This document shows, one piece after another, positions 39,082-53,479 of a DNA stretch of 64,000 nucleotides. The translations under genes and the position numbers were made by a program. The notes under the pieces are model-generated. The model ran no database searches. It saw nothing but the letters and a program-made list of their open reading frames with translations, and was not told where the DNA came from. This DNA is from Gnetum montanum (taxonomy: Eukaryota > Plantae > Gnetophyta), in NCBI GenBank assembly GCA_015680685.1, contig MNCI01002242.1, positions 275,042 through 339,041 on the forward strand, in the 5' to 3' direction. Numbering within the stretch: the first letter of the stretch is position 1; every line of letters starts with the position of its first letter.

Positions 39082-39676
39082 CCTAATTTGAATCCTTCTT
39101 AGGATATAGTTTGGAAATCTTGAAGCTCATTATCTTCTTAAGGTGAAATGACGGGTAGCGGGTTGGTTAGGAGTAGGGGTAAGAAATCTTTACTGAGACA
39201 TTCTATGGGAAGTTTCTTGGCTCATAAAATGAACAAACGAGGAAATGTAAATGCTAGTAAACTATAAAAATCAAAGTAAATAGGAAAATAGTTATATATT
39301 ATTATTATTATTATTATTGAAAAACTGAAATTGCAATATACATATAAATTTTTAAAAAACATTAAATGCAGAATTTCAGAAAAGTAAACTTAATACAAAA
39401 TGATGTTCGTGAGAAAACCACCTTACCAAAGTTAGAACTAAGGTAAGGACTCCCAAAATAGAAACATGAAACTGAAATAGGAAAACAAAGATTTCAAGAA
39501 AGAAAAAAAAATAGGAAAATGAAGGTTTAGGAAACAAAATAGGAAAATAGAGGTTTAGGAAATAGAAATAGGAAAATAGAGGTTTAGGAAAATGAAATAG
39601 GAAATGGAGGTTCATAAAACTAGAAAGAAAATTGAAATAAAAAAATAGAAGTTCATGGAAACTAAAATAGGAACAA

Positions 39677-39693
39677 CCCTCCTTCTAGTGCCA
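39677..39693 (-). other. Primer-binding site (Tat-type)
   Basis: TGGCACTAGAAGGAGGG, one transition from the TGGCGCTAGAAGGAGGG PBS seen in Tat-clade elements. Confidence 0.75.
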
Positions 39694-42600
39694 AAAAGAG
39701 GGTATTGACACACAAATTTGGGCCAACCAACACACCTCACAAAGAACTCATTCTAGGAGACTATCATCCAAGGAGTCTTCCATATGGGTAGGAAAAGCTA
39801 GGAAAGGTCTTATCTGCTAAGGATAATGTGATGTTTAACTTCTAAAGTTATTGCTTCATTATTATTAATATGCAAAAGCCAATACTACATGAATATGATC
39901 GAACTAGAAATAAATTAGAATGTAGTGTAAACATATGTGTATAGAAAGAAATTCCAATACTGTGTAGAGATTAAAACAATAGAAAACAAGATGCTAAAAG
40001 AAATTATTTTCATTAAAGTTTCATAACATAAAATAGCATTTCTTAGGAACAATGTTAAAAATCACACACTAATAGTAAAGCAAGAGACAAATCTAAACAA
40101 GAATAGAATCATAAATAAGACACTTAGCTCTAGATAGAGCTTTGGATCGCTATCGCTAGATCTGCAACCTATTTGAGCAATTTTCCAGCCTACACCTCCA
40201 ATCAATAAACCTCCTCCAATAGATCCTTGTGTTGGGACTCTTGGACTACTGGTACACTTGAGAAAAAGATACAACCCGCATTTTAGATCCTCTTCTTTAA
40301 CTTGAAGGGACCTAAACTAGTCAAGCAAGTCAAGGGAAATGGAAGTATCTTGGCAAGATGTTTCAACTTGGCCAAGGTCTAATAATCTCCTCTGGTTGTG
40401 TCTTTTAACAATCTTACATAAAGAAAAATGTGTCTCTATGAAGTCCCTCCCCTTGCAATGTTCCTTCTTGCCTCCTTTTTCTACATCTACCCTTTGGTCT
40501 TTTTTCTCTTTTTTCTCTTCCCCACCAATTTCTACCTCTTCCCTACCAACTACTACCTCTTTTCTTTCCTTTTCCTCTACCTTCTGAAGTTTGGCTCCGT
40601 CAAACTATTTGCATCTAACAATATCTTGGCATATTTTATCCTATTGTAGCCTACGCATAAATGAAATTATCAATTTAAAAAATGAACAAAAATGCTTTTG
40701 AATGCATTATATATATATTAAGGATTTACTACTACTATATTCCATATAAATTAATTAATGTAACACATACTTTGGTTCACATAAACACAATTAGACTACA
40801 ATGTCAACTTCAATAATGAAGCTCAAAATTGACTGAAGAACTAGACCCAAGCAAATAGTGATAATAAAAAATCATTTTAGAATATTTTCATTATTTTTGG
40901 GTCTTGTACTAGCTTAAAGAGACAAAACTATATACCACAACAACATATATTTGTCCATTAACCGCTTATTAGTGTAAGTGAATGATCTTTATCGTGGGTT
41001 AAAAATTTACTAATAATGATAATGAATGAAAGATTGTAAAATTTTGTATGTGTAACTTTCCTTATTTATGTTTTTTTTACTACTTGAATGTTATCTTTAT
41101 GATCAATATTATATTGCTCATTTTTGTAACCTTTGTAAACAAAGTTAATATAACATTCTTTTATTCTATTTTATTGGTCGAAACAAATATGTTATGAATA
41201 TAAGTAAGGAAGAACAAAAACTCATCTCTTTAGAAATGTGTTGTACTTGACCTAATGTGACTAAATTATGTTGATAAGAGCATAGAAGTAGCCATTTTGT
41301 GAGTTTTTGGAAGGCCAATAGATGAGGGAAAGCTTATTCCAGTGGTTAAACTAATTAATGAATGGCCTCATGATAACATGGTAATGTTGATATCAATAAT
41401 AAACATAACAACATAATTCCCCTACCATGTAATAAATCTAAAAAAAATTTATTTCACCATTTCCAAAACTTGACTACCACAATAAATCACCAAAAAATTT
41501 CTTCATATCAAGTGAATGTAAAAAGATTATATCTAATGCATCTTCATTAATGAACAAGACATGGAGCTGCATCCCATCATTCATTACCATGAGTTTAAGA
41601 CTATAAGATCATCTCTATAATGCAACATGAACCCTTCTTGTGCTTTAAACGTGTCTTAAATTTCTTTCAATTATTGCATCATTCAATGATAATCTTTTCT
41701 AGAGCAATAATAGATGGTGCCTTCATGCCCAGGCCAAGATGTAATTGTAAATTCATAATACAAGAAACATGTATGCATGACCTCCATTTAGTATGCTATG
41801 TTGATCCATTTGTGTGGTGGCCCATTTTGTAACTCATGTAAAACCTTTATCCTTATTCTACATAGGAGAACATGACCAAATAGTTATGTCATCACTAGAA
41901 CCATTTTTTGGCTCATTGGAAATAGATTTTGCCACTACTGATACCACACAACTCAAATGCTAAACCCTACAACAACCATTAACATTCAAATCTAAACTAT
42001 ATTATGCTAAGCAATATAAGTACCACATGAACATAACTAAAGAACATTATATAACCCTGAGACCCTCAACCATGGCTACAAAAATCTAGAAAAAACATGA
42101 TTAAAAACTAAATCTATCCTTAAAGATTTAATCTATGCCAAAATTTCAATGAAAATAGATTCAATTAAATGCACAAGGATAACTAATGCATAATGATAAT
42201 CAACCACAAACAAAACCACTGCATGTCTTGAGATTAAAAACCATACTTAACGTTATGCCCTACATACCAAAAAAATGCATTACACTAGTGAATCACAGAC
42301 AATTCTTCTGAGATACATTCTAGAAAATGTTGACACTTTCAGACAAACTATTTAAAATAATGGATTATGAGCTATGTCAAAAATCATAAAGCTACCTACC
42401 TGCATGCCAACAATTAATAGTCACCTAATGTGAGGTTCTAGCTTGAAGATGCCTCTAGTAATGGTAATGCACTGAGCTCTAATGGGTGCCTCAACCACTA
42501 CTATAGAGCTATATTTTTTATTTATAACTAAATACAGTTCTTTCACTTTTTCTACCCCCAAGTTTTGCTTTACTGCATGCCTTTTTACCTATAAAAAGAA

Positions 42601-44146
42601 TTGTTACCTCTTACCTCTTAGCCTCTTGGTTTTCTTCAATTTATTGATTATCCTTATATGTCTTTTATTTCAAATTATCTTTTATTGGATCTATGAACCT
42701 ACCTTACTAGTAACACTTCATTAAACAATCAACCATACCAATCTTTGAAAGGGAATCATTAAACTACATGTGTCCTTCAGCAAGGCTAGCATGACCAATG
42801 ATTGAATACACTATTGCCAAACTTGTGAAGATATCGAGAAAATAGAAGACCCTAAAAACATTATAACTTTCCCATCAAAATTATCCATAATGATTACCTC
42901 CAACATCAAATCCATCTATCACATTCCTTTCTTTTCTAATCCCAAATTTCAAAGTCAAACATCTATGACTAATTCATCTGTCAATGTTTTCAAATATCAT
43001 GTACGTTCTCTAACCTAACTAGGAGATGTAGCAAATAAACCACATTTTAGCATGTTTAAATCATGCTATTTGAGATGTCTGCCTAGGGTCCAAAACATTT
43101 TTCTAGTAGCTATTATCTGTTGTATAGGCTTGGGGTCCAAGATTTTGAGTAGGGATAAAATTTTCATGGTGCATTACCATTCAAAGAAGTTTTTATCCTT
43201 AAAAAAAATGTATTTTAAAAAGTACTTGAAAAATGAAAGTCTTAACATAAAAATTATCCTTCCTCTAAGAACAATGCTTTCTACCAATATGTTGTATGAG
43301 AAGAATTAATTTTTTTAGTTATAAATAGATAAAACAAGGGCATAAGCCTTAATATTTACTTTATATTAATTGTACATATATGTGAAAAATAAGTAATATT
43401 GTTTTGATCTATAGATGTATTAAAATCATTAGTTTTAATTTTCATAAATTTTTGATTAATTATATATTGATTAAAATAAACATCTTAAAGAACAAGAAAT
43501 ATTTTTATCCATATTAATGAAAGGGTGCATTAGAAATCACCCTTCATAAAACATATAGGGAGCCCTTCAAATTTGACCCTTGATTCTAAAATGTGTATTA
43601 AGAATTTCCACCATGATGGATTTTCACTTACAAATATCAATAGTTACACTTCATATCTACATGTCAACTACAACATTGGATTGGACAGTTGCAATGCAAT
43701 CCCACTCATGAACTATATCATGAAGTATTTCTAGTTATAATTGGAAAGTTCTCCTTACTAGTGGCAAATGTCTCTCCAACTCTAAGCATTTCTATTATGT
43801 TTGAACCATGATTCTCTCCACCTCATACCTAAAAATGCTAAGCCACTCTCATGTTTTACTAGCTTGTTATGACTATGTTGTAGTTCATATGTTTACTACT
43901 ACTTCATCCTACTTTGCCTTGGCCTCTCTTCGTTGATGACCAATATCCTAGAAAACATCGGTTTTTATTAGCAATGGATTCTTCATTCCATTTCAATGTA
44001 TTACGTCCGGAAGATACAATACTATGAAATAGTAAGCAATAGCCACATATAACCATTCTTTATGATCATTAAAATTTTATCAACCAAACATATGACAATG
44101 AGACATGTGTAACTTTAGTATGTCAATTTTACAAATTAGCATGGAA

Positions 44147-44684
44147 ACAAGTATTTACTAACAACATACCAAGTATCAACTACTGGGATTACCAAGTGTT
44201 AATAGGTTATGCTTGAAAAGGTCATACTCATATTGCTCATGAATGATAATATTAATTACTTTATCCAAAATAATAATGGAAAGTGCATGTAAAGTAAACT
44301 GTAAAAAAGTAAGATTAAACTAGTCTAAGTGTTGCAATGAATGTAGGAAATCTTGATTTTATTATGGTTCATGCCAATATGTTCAGGTACATAGGCACTT
44401 CAATAAAATGTCCTACAATCTCATAGATCCATACTGTAGGCACTCAAAAGACAATATTCAGCCTCTAGAATGAAGAAACTACAAAAATTTGGCTAACTCT
44501 ATGATTGAAATATGTCATAAATGCAAGTGATGCATGAATTTATATAGGCAATGATTACATCAACATTGACGTATTTGTGTTAACGCATTTTAGCATGCAT
44601 TGACACTCTATTAATGGGGATATGTCGATAGGGCTACATCAATGGGCATGCGTTGATGTAGCCTATCTTATTGATGTTTTATTA
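44147..44684 (-). repeat. 3' LTR (truncated)
   Basis: Aligns by eye with 56477-57001 (e.g. AAGTAAGATTAAACTAGTCTAAGTG). Confidence 0.85.
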
Positions 44685-44999
44685 TACCTTCACAACTGAC
44701 TAAAATCTCATCCTCAAGTGAAAAAAAGTAGGATCAAGCTTCTTATAAAATTCTTAGAAGTATGGAATTTATTAACAAAAAGATTGGCTAATTCTAACTA
44801 ACTCTAGCTACCAAATTATACATGTTTGCAAAAATGAGTGTCCATCCAAAAAAATTTGATACTTTTATAAAATTTCAACAAGTGCTTATAAAATATTTTA
44901 AGACATGATAAATTCTTAAAAAATTCCTAGAGGTGCAAGCTCCTATGGCTCTGACAGTCCTACATCTTATCTTGGTGCTATTGGAGGTTGAGGTTGACC

Positions 45000-47750
45000 T
45001 GCTACTGCTACCAGAAGTTTGAAAGCATCTAATAGTATGTTCATTTTTCTTCCTTGCTCTATGGATCATAAATAGTCCAAGTGGGGTCAATATAGGAATA
45101 TCCCATAGGCATAGCATTGAAGGAAATAATTCCTTTGTTTTAGCAAACTAGGTTATAAAGGTTTTAAGTTCAATATTGAACATCTTGACTAGGTTCTACA
45201 ATTCCTAGTAATCATTGACTCTTCTTGCTAAGTTCTCAGTAATAGATCATTGATTAATGAATTTTCTCTTGAGAACTTCAAGCTCTACATTAGCTATTTC
45301 CAACTTTTGTTTGGTCTCTTTGTGAAGCTTAAATTCTACCTCATAAGGAGGTATGATCTAGAAACTTATTTCTCTAACTTAGTCCTTGGCCTCCTTGCTA
45401 TCAACATCACCAATTTTGCATAACAAAGATTAGCAAGATACATGTACTCCATCATCTCTACAATTTCCAATTCCTTAAAGAAAATCTCTACCTTGCTATC
45501 TGCATTCAATCCATCAAAGATGGCCTACCAAACATCATCTCATTGTTGGAGTTGTTAGAGGGATTTGTTCATCTTTACCTTTACTAATTGAATTTCCTTT
45601 TCATTAACCTCCTTAAGTAGCCCAACATGGTCCTTGTGGTGATTTTTCACCCATTTGAACTTCAAGGTCTCATTTTTCTAGGTAGCTACCTCAATTACAA
45701 TCTTCTAGCAAAGAGCTTGGACTTCCTCCATTAAGATATTTTGATTTTCTACTATCAACATCCTCAAATCCAAGTTAACCTTCATGAGCTGCTCTTGCTA
45801 CTAGTGTATAAATTCAACCATCTAGTCCTTTTGTTGCTTAGCATTTTGCAAGGGATAATTATCCTTGATGAGGACCAAGTTCTCCTTTTGGACCTACGAT
45901 AGGTACTTGTTAGTGTTGAAAGTCATGGCTTCTAACAATGATGCATCGAAGATTGTTACCTCATTTGCATTCTTAGCCTCTTAAAGTCTATGTTAAAGCT
46001 ATTGGAAAGCTTCATCTCTAGTAAGCTTAGGCCTAAAAATAGCAGGGTCAGATAAATGAGCTCGCAACTTATCAACTTTAGCAGCCAACCACCAATTGGT
46101 TGTAGTGGCCTCCTCTAATTATGTATTAAAAATAAGCAATTTGTGCATTTCTTCAAGTAGTTATGGTTGGTTTATTGTGATTTCATCCAAAAGATCAAAT
46201 ATCTCTAGAAGTGGTTGCCTGGCTCCAATCAATCTTTCCAACAACTCCTCATGTTGGATAGTGCTCATCCAACCACTCCCTTCTCCTATAGATGTATGGA
46301 TGTCTACCATGGTGGCAATGTTAGGTACAATCATCACAAGAGAATATAGAACTTCAACTACCCTATCAACCATCACCTTTGCTACTATGTAATGACCTTT
46401 GTATGGCATAATCAAGATAGTTATCCCCTTATCTTCCTCCAACATGATGAAGAAGGTTGTAGCATTCCTGAAAATCTCAATGAATGTTTGTCCAGAAATG
46501 GACATTGTGACCTTTTTAGTATTTGGATTGGACCTAGTGGATGCTTGGTTACTTTATGCAGAGAAGAGTGGGGCTATTTCATTATATAGCTAGCTTATGG
46601 CCCTTGTGACCTCATTGAGATGGCTCATGGTTGGATGGTACATAGAGGGCTCCCCACCACCTACAAAGCCTTACTATTTTTGTATCTACTACTAGCAAAT
46701 TTTTTTAATCCTTTTAGCAATTACAAGCACTTTTGATGTATTTTTTAGGGCATTAGGTGATCGTAGTGGCTACTCCTCTTTCTACAACTTTGATGTTGCC
46801 TTATCTTTCATAATTTTCTATCATGAGGTGCTAGGACCATGGCAAACCACATCATTGAAGTAACAAGCTATGCCTCCCCTTTTTGCATAGCTTGTAGATG
46901 AGACATGAAAAGGGAAGTTTCTTCCTTTCCTTTCATTTTCCTTAAAATGTTTCTCGATCTTGAGGAAAATGAAATAGGGAAGGTTGACTATGAACTTCTA
47001 ACTTAGAGTAATGCATGCTTAGGTAGAGAAAGCTATAACTTTACTAGGCTTCACCATTCGATTTAGGTGATAAGCCACAATTTTAAAGTATGCTCTCTCT
47101 ACCTTTGTGAGAGCACTGTACTCCTTGTAATCTACCCCATAGCATCACTAAATCCATTCTTTCTTAGCTTCTAGATCTACCTAGATTGAAATTTCAGCCA
47201 ATTTGACTCTAATGTCTTGCAAACCAAGGGCCTCCACAATGGCCTCAACTGAGTAGGGGATTGTTATATCTTTAATTTTTACCATGCATCTCATTAATGA
47301 TTGTTTTAGTAGAGACAAATCTTACCCATGTACCATTCTCCACTATTAGAGAGAATGTACAATATGGAAGACCTCTATAGTTGTGTGTGGACCTCCTCTA
47401 GTGCTAGCTTTAATAGGGATCTAAAATTCAACTCTTGAAGGATAGAAATTTGGACCTCCTTGATCCTGATCTTCTCTAAGTAGGCCTTCATGAGATGACC
47501 TCTAGGCTAGGCCTTTGCCTAGGAATCTCATCTTTCCTAGACTGGCTAGTTTCCACAATAGGAATCTATTAAACAAATTCCACTTTAGGCTCCTCTTGAA
47601 GGGGTTCTATGACATGAGTTGTCTCAACTGCTTGTTCCTTGAGTTGCTATGATTATTATTGCTATTAGTCCCTTCCTCTTCTTGATCACTTCTCTCTAGG
47701 ATGTGAAGGCCCTCCTACTTGTTCTCCTTGTTTTGGCATCATCTATGATT
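45000..47750 (-). pseudogene. env-like / extra 3' ORF remnant with coiled-coil C-terminus
   Basis: VKIKDITIPYSVEAIVEALGL, VNLPYFIFLKIEKHF...NFPF motifs; Glu/Lys/Leu-rich tail; located between INT and the 3' LTR. Boundaries approximate. Confidence 0.6.
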
Positions 47751-49799
47751 ACAAACTTAACCCATTGTTAGCTTTTTTACTTTATAATCCTTAGTTATTT
47801 TGATACCTTTCTTATTTGATTAGGTTATGTTTAATTAATGGGTGTTTAAAATTTGCTCATTTAAGTGTTGGTTTGTGATCTTGGATTACTATACTATTAT
47901 AATATTATTTAATTTCATTAATTATTAGAGTTTTTTTATTGGTCTTAACCCTCTGTGGTGATTGTTTTAATATTATTTTAATGGATTAACCATGGGAAGT
48001 TAGAAAAAATTCTAAAAAATTTTCTGCAAAAATCAAAGATTTATGTTCCCCAAGATGTAAAGCTTACCTCTGATAGTGTGAGGATCAAAAAATGGGTGAG
48101 ATCAAGTTAGTAATTTGAAAGTTAAGGCACATGGAAAGCCCTTAGACTCTAAAAATGGTAAAGACTCCTCTTACTCTTTGGAAAAATGATGTAAAGTGAG
48201 CCAAGTGTTGTGCATATATATAGATTTTTTATGTTGCATCGACAAGGATATGTTGATGAGGCTATGTTAACTCAACCCACTACATCAATGTAGTTGTTTG
48301 TAGATATAGTTTTCATTTTGAAATGGATGAATTTTAGTGAGTTTTGGATCAAAACAAGAGCCTAAAGGAAGCTAAAAAGATGTAGAATGATGGCAATATA
48401 AAGAATAGGGTTAGCTTTGCTTAGAAGAAATGATTCAAGTAGATTTTGGATGAAGTTAGAATGCCAAAATATAGCAAAACTAGATGTTTGAATACTATCA
48501 GGATGACGTATTAAACAAGTAACCCCATGGAGAAAATTTAACTGAAACTAGACTAAAGGAATGCAAGTGGATCCTCCCCAACATAGGCATAGGCCTCATG
48601 TGCCCTTTCATAACATCATCTTAAGGAGTCCATGAGCCTCCAAGATGATGAGTGGTCGAGTTTAGTTAAATTCCATACCTATCAACAATTGCTTAAGGAT
48701 TATATGATCTAGAAAGAAGCTGAACGATTTTCCATGACATGAAGTTGTGATGTGGTGAATCATGAATGAAGCAATAATGTAGAGAGAGAATATGGAAGAG
48801 ATTATTAGCATCGTAGTCACACAATATTCTTGGTGGAATTCATGATTAAGATGATTTGATCACAATTTGTGCTAAGTCTAGATCAAGTCCATTCTACATT
48901 CAGTGATCTCGCATTGACATATACCCTTTAGACATCGATTAAAAGTCTAGGATGGCTCCAAATAAAAGCCATTACTCCAAGAGAAGAAGAAAGTAGAGAG
49001 GACATTAGTTAGAGAAGTTCCTTCAAGCATGGGTAACATGTCTTTCCAATCCCATAACCACTGCTTATAGCCATTATTTAGTTTAAAGGGTGTGCTTTGA
49101 ATTCGCGTGCTCATTTTTTTATTCACAGGAATCACACCATACAAAGATGTGATTCCTTTTAGTATGGGTCATGGTATACTAGTGGAGTATCATAGAATCT
49201 TTAAAATGATGCTGAGAGGAGCAATGTCAAATCTCATTAAGGTCACATCTTGTTCCATTCCCACTTGATCCTTTCCTAGATCATTAAATATCAATATCAT
49301 TGATTTATTATTAAGTTTTAATAAGAAACAACCTTATGCTTTCAAGATATTGATTTCCTATGGAATAAATGGAATGGATGAATGTTGTGATATCAATGCC
49401 TAATATCACCAAAAAAATTAATAGAGTGTTTGTAGATTACATAATTCAAAAACAATGGTCATTTGATTAATCAATCATAAGGTTGATATTGTTCTATTGT
49501 AGCTTCTAGTGTTGAAGTAACAGTAATGAAAATTAAAATCTAAGATTTCTCATAAGTTGAATGAAATTAATTAAAAGTAATAGCAAAAAGATAATCAAAA
49601 ATATATATAAAGTAAATAAGAAAATATACAAGAAAGTGGAAAACATATTAAAAAATAGTGTAAAATAAAAAGACCTAAAACTTGGTTAGCCCTCACAAGA
49701 TTTTAACATAAATGACCATCTCCTTGGCAACTAAGTTGAGAGGATAAGATTCAAAAAAGAGAGCATGCTTGCTCTTTCTTGGAGGTGTTAGTGTTGTCA

Positions 49800-52700
49800 A
49801 TTACTCTAGATTCTAGGAATGGCTTCATTTATTGAATGTTAACCAACAAACATTTCTCTAGGTACGATGAGCGGTAAATGGTAATGGCACCAAAAGGAAA
49901 AGTTATATGAATGATGTAAGGTTCTTCCTATAGCATTTGAAACTTAGTACATTATTATATGTACATGGGGTTCCAGTAAAGAACCTTATCACTAGGTTGA
50001 AATTTAACCTTTCTTATTCATGCATCATGATGTTGTTCAGAGTGTGCCTTATGCACTTCATTCATTGTTAAGGTTACTTGTCAGTTCTCATCTAGCATAT
50101 TTAGTGTCAGTAGGCATTCTTTTTGTACTATACTAAGGTCAAGGTCAATCTCAAAGGTAGTTGAGAGTGTACAAAGCTTATCTTGGATTGGAAGTGTTGG
50201 TAGTTTCCTGTATAGCAACCCATAAGGAGAGTAATCTATAGGAAGTTTATAAGTTGATTAATGAGCCCAAAAAGAACTGTTGAGATTCATATTCCAATCC
50301 TTCCTATATTAACTAATGATTCATGTGAGCATACTAGTTATCTCCCTATTAGTAACCTTAGCTTGTCCATTAGCTTGGAGGTGATAGGGGGTTGTCAGTT
50401 TTTGTTGTACCCCCAAGCATTACATTAGCTTTCAAAAGGTAAACCTAGTGAATTAAGTTTCATTATTTGAAATAAATACCCTTGGCATACAAAACCTATT
50501 TACCACATTTTTCTAAACAAACCATGCTATAGTGGAAGATGAACAATCAGCGATGGCTACAACTTGAACCCACTTCATGCAATAGTCAACAATTTTGATG
50601 ATGTAAGCCTTCCCATTCGACATGGGAGTGATGGATACCATGAAGTCAATGTAGCAAAGGTCAAAGGGCTCTAGTGGTTGAATTCACTACTAAGGCCCTT
50701 TCATTCAGACCATCATTCCTTCCTCTCTTTGGCAATATTTTCACAAATAGGAAAAATGATGAGCATTATTGAAGATCATTAGCCAAAAGCACCATACCAT
50801 GGGAATCTTCATAGCCTTTATTCATCCCACATAATGGCCCCTGCAAGGATCTTCATGATCATCCTAAAGGATTTGCAGTTGATCAGCATTAGGCATACAC
50901 CATTGTACCAAGCCTTTCGCACAAATAATAGTCTCCATGTAGTGTTTGACTTTGTGAAGAAACTATTGTTTCTTCTCATTGTCCCATTCGTGTAAAGTCT
51001 CTTAAGTCAGAAGATAGGAGAGGAATTCATTATACCAATTGGTACCCTTAGGTCTTTAAAGTTCAGTGAATTTAGAAAAGAGGAGTTTGTCTAGGAATTA
51101 ATTAGATAAGGGCTCCTAATCCTCTTTGCTATTCCATTGTAACCAAGATAAGTGATCAGCAACCACATTCTTGGCTCCCTTTCTATCCACCATCATAAGA
51201 TCAAATTCTTGTAAAATTACCAGCCATTGTATGACTGAGGACTTATTGCTAGCTTATTCACTAGAAAATGGATGACAGAATGATCAATGTGTGTAGCAAA
51301 TTTGTGTCTAAGTACATATTGCCTGAATTTTTCTAGGGAGTATACCATTGTCATAAGCTCCTTCTCAATTATGCTATAATTCAATTGTGCACCCACAATG
51401 CTTTTGCTTATACAATGGATATACTTTGGACATTTCTAATTGTCCAATTATGTAAATATCAACCCCAATGCATAGTTGGATGCATCTATCATGACATGGA
51501 ATGGTCCACACTGATCTAGAGCATGTAGAATTAGAGTTTCTATGAGCTTCTATTTTAGCTACTAAAATGCTTATTGGCATTTCTTAGTCTAGTCAAATGA
51601 TGCATCCTTCTTTGTCAACTCTACTAGAGGTTTGACAATCTTTGAAAAGTTTTTGATGAAGTGCCTATAGTAACCAATGTGTTCAAGAAATGACCATGCA
51701 TCTTTTAACATTTCAAGTTGTCTAGTAATTTTTTGGATGACCCATAGTTTATTTGGGTTCACCTCAATCCATTTCTTTGAAATTCTGTGTCCCAAAGCAA
51801 CACCTTATTAGAACATGAAATGGTTTCTCTACCAATTGAATCTTAATTTGATCTCCACATAATGTTTTATCCCTTTCTCTAGTCAATCCCAGCCTTACTC
51901 AAAGTTGATGCTATAGGTGGAGAAGTCATCCATGAAGACCTCCATACCACTACCAATTTTCTTTTCAAAAATGTTTAGCACTAGGCATTAGAAGGTAGCA
52001 GGGATATTTCAAAGACCAAAGGGCATCTTTTTCTATGCAAAAGTCTCCCATCAACTTAGGAAGGTTATTTTGGCCTGATCCCCTAGTGCTATCTAGATTT
52101 GGTTATAGCCACTATAACCATCTTAAAAGCTATAGTATCCATGCCCTAAAATAGTATCCAACACCTAGTCCACAAATGGTAATAGAAAATGATCTTTATA
52201 AGTATCCATATTCAATAGCTTGTAGTCTATGCAAACTATCCTTTTTCTACCTTTCTTTGGTACAATTACAAGCGGGCTAACCCACTCATGATCCATAATG
52301 AGATAAATGATTCCCACCTTAAGAGGTTATTCAATTTTATCCTTAACAACTTACTTAAGCTTGGGATTCAACCTTATCTATGGTTATCTTTTTGCTTTGA
52401 TGGAAGAGTTTTCATAGATTCAATGCCATCGATCTATCCCTATTAGTTAATTATATGACTAAGAAAAGGTTGTAGGTCATGTATTTATTACTTTTATTTT
52501 TTTTTCCTTTCCATGGTTGATCAAGATTGAAATTTATAATTACTAGCTTACCATTGTTAAGAAAAGTGTATTCTAGATTATTTGGTAAATTTTTAAGTTC
52601 AAAGGGCTTCTTCTTGAAATGATCTAGGATCTTTAACTCTCCCTAATCCATCTTAGTCTGGGTTAGGAAGTTGGTTATGGATATACTCTATTTTATCCAT

Positions 52701-53300
52701 ATTATCAATGTAATAACTTGTGATGTTTTCTGCTAGTACCATACATATTTGCAAGTCTACTTCAATATGTATTGTTAGCCACTAGCTACCTTCCTATTTT
52801 GTGACTGCTACATATAGGCACCTTTGAATATTGGACCCCTTGGCATACTTCTTACATGCTATCATGGATGTTCTTTGCATGGCCCATATCATTTGCATGT
52901 AATAAAACTGTGTGTCACTATATGTAATGCATGGAACTCACTTCTTCTCTACCTTTTCAAATTCATTTTCCTTGAATATTTCCAACGAAAGATCTGGAAT
53001 CCCCAACTTGACATTAATTATGCTAAGGTAAGACCTTCTCATAAAAATAGGAAAGTTCCCTTTGCAATTATCCACATGGATCAATAAGAAATCTACTGGA
53101 TAAGAACACCCATAGATGGTGGTAACAATGTCTTTCACTAATCCCAAAGTGACAATGATGAACTAATCTACAACCTCTAGTCTAATGTTACCTTTGTTTA
53201 GTGAAGGTAGGTTCTACGTCTTGTATATTTCTTATGAAATCAAACTTACTCTAGAACCTAAGTCTAGTAGAGCCTTACATAGATCATTTCCTATGATCTA
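49800..53300 (-). pseudogene. pol: Athila pol remnant (PR, RT, RH, INT)
   Basis: KALLDLGSRVSLI, WVSPLVIVPKK, GYSGYNQI, VFMDDFS, GYYRHFIKNFSKI, LQEFDL..VDRKGAKNVVADHL, PYHLQANGQA. Confidence 0.9.
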
Positions 53301-53479
53301 CAAATAGATAAGAGGACTCCATCAAATCTTTTCTTGGAAAGGTGACCTACCTTTATCCAATTGTCAACTACATGCATCAACATGATAATATGGATATTAT
53401 AGGAGATTTGATCTAAAAGAGGCTCGTGGATAATTCTAGAGGTAGTTGATGTAGGATTGGCAACCATAGGTCTTTGCAA

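Larger units (their letters stand above)
32108..40620 (-). mobile_element. Tat-clade Ty3/gypsy element with order gag-PR-aRH-RT-RH-INT
   Basis: PBS TGGCACTAGAAGGAGGG 39677-39693; domains listed below. LTR limits are uncertain (probable 5' LTR ~39698-40620). Confidence 0.8.
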
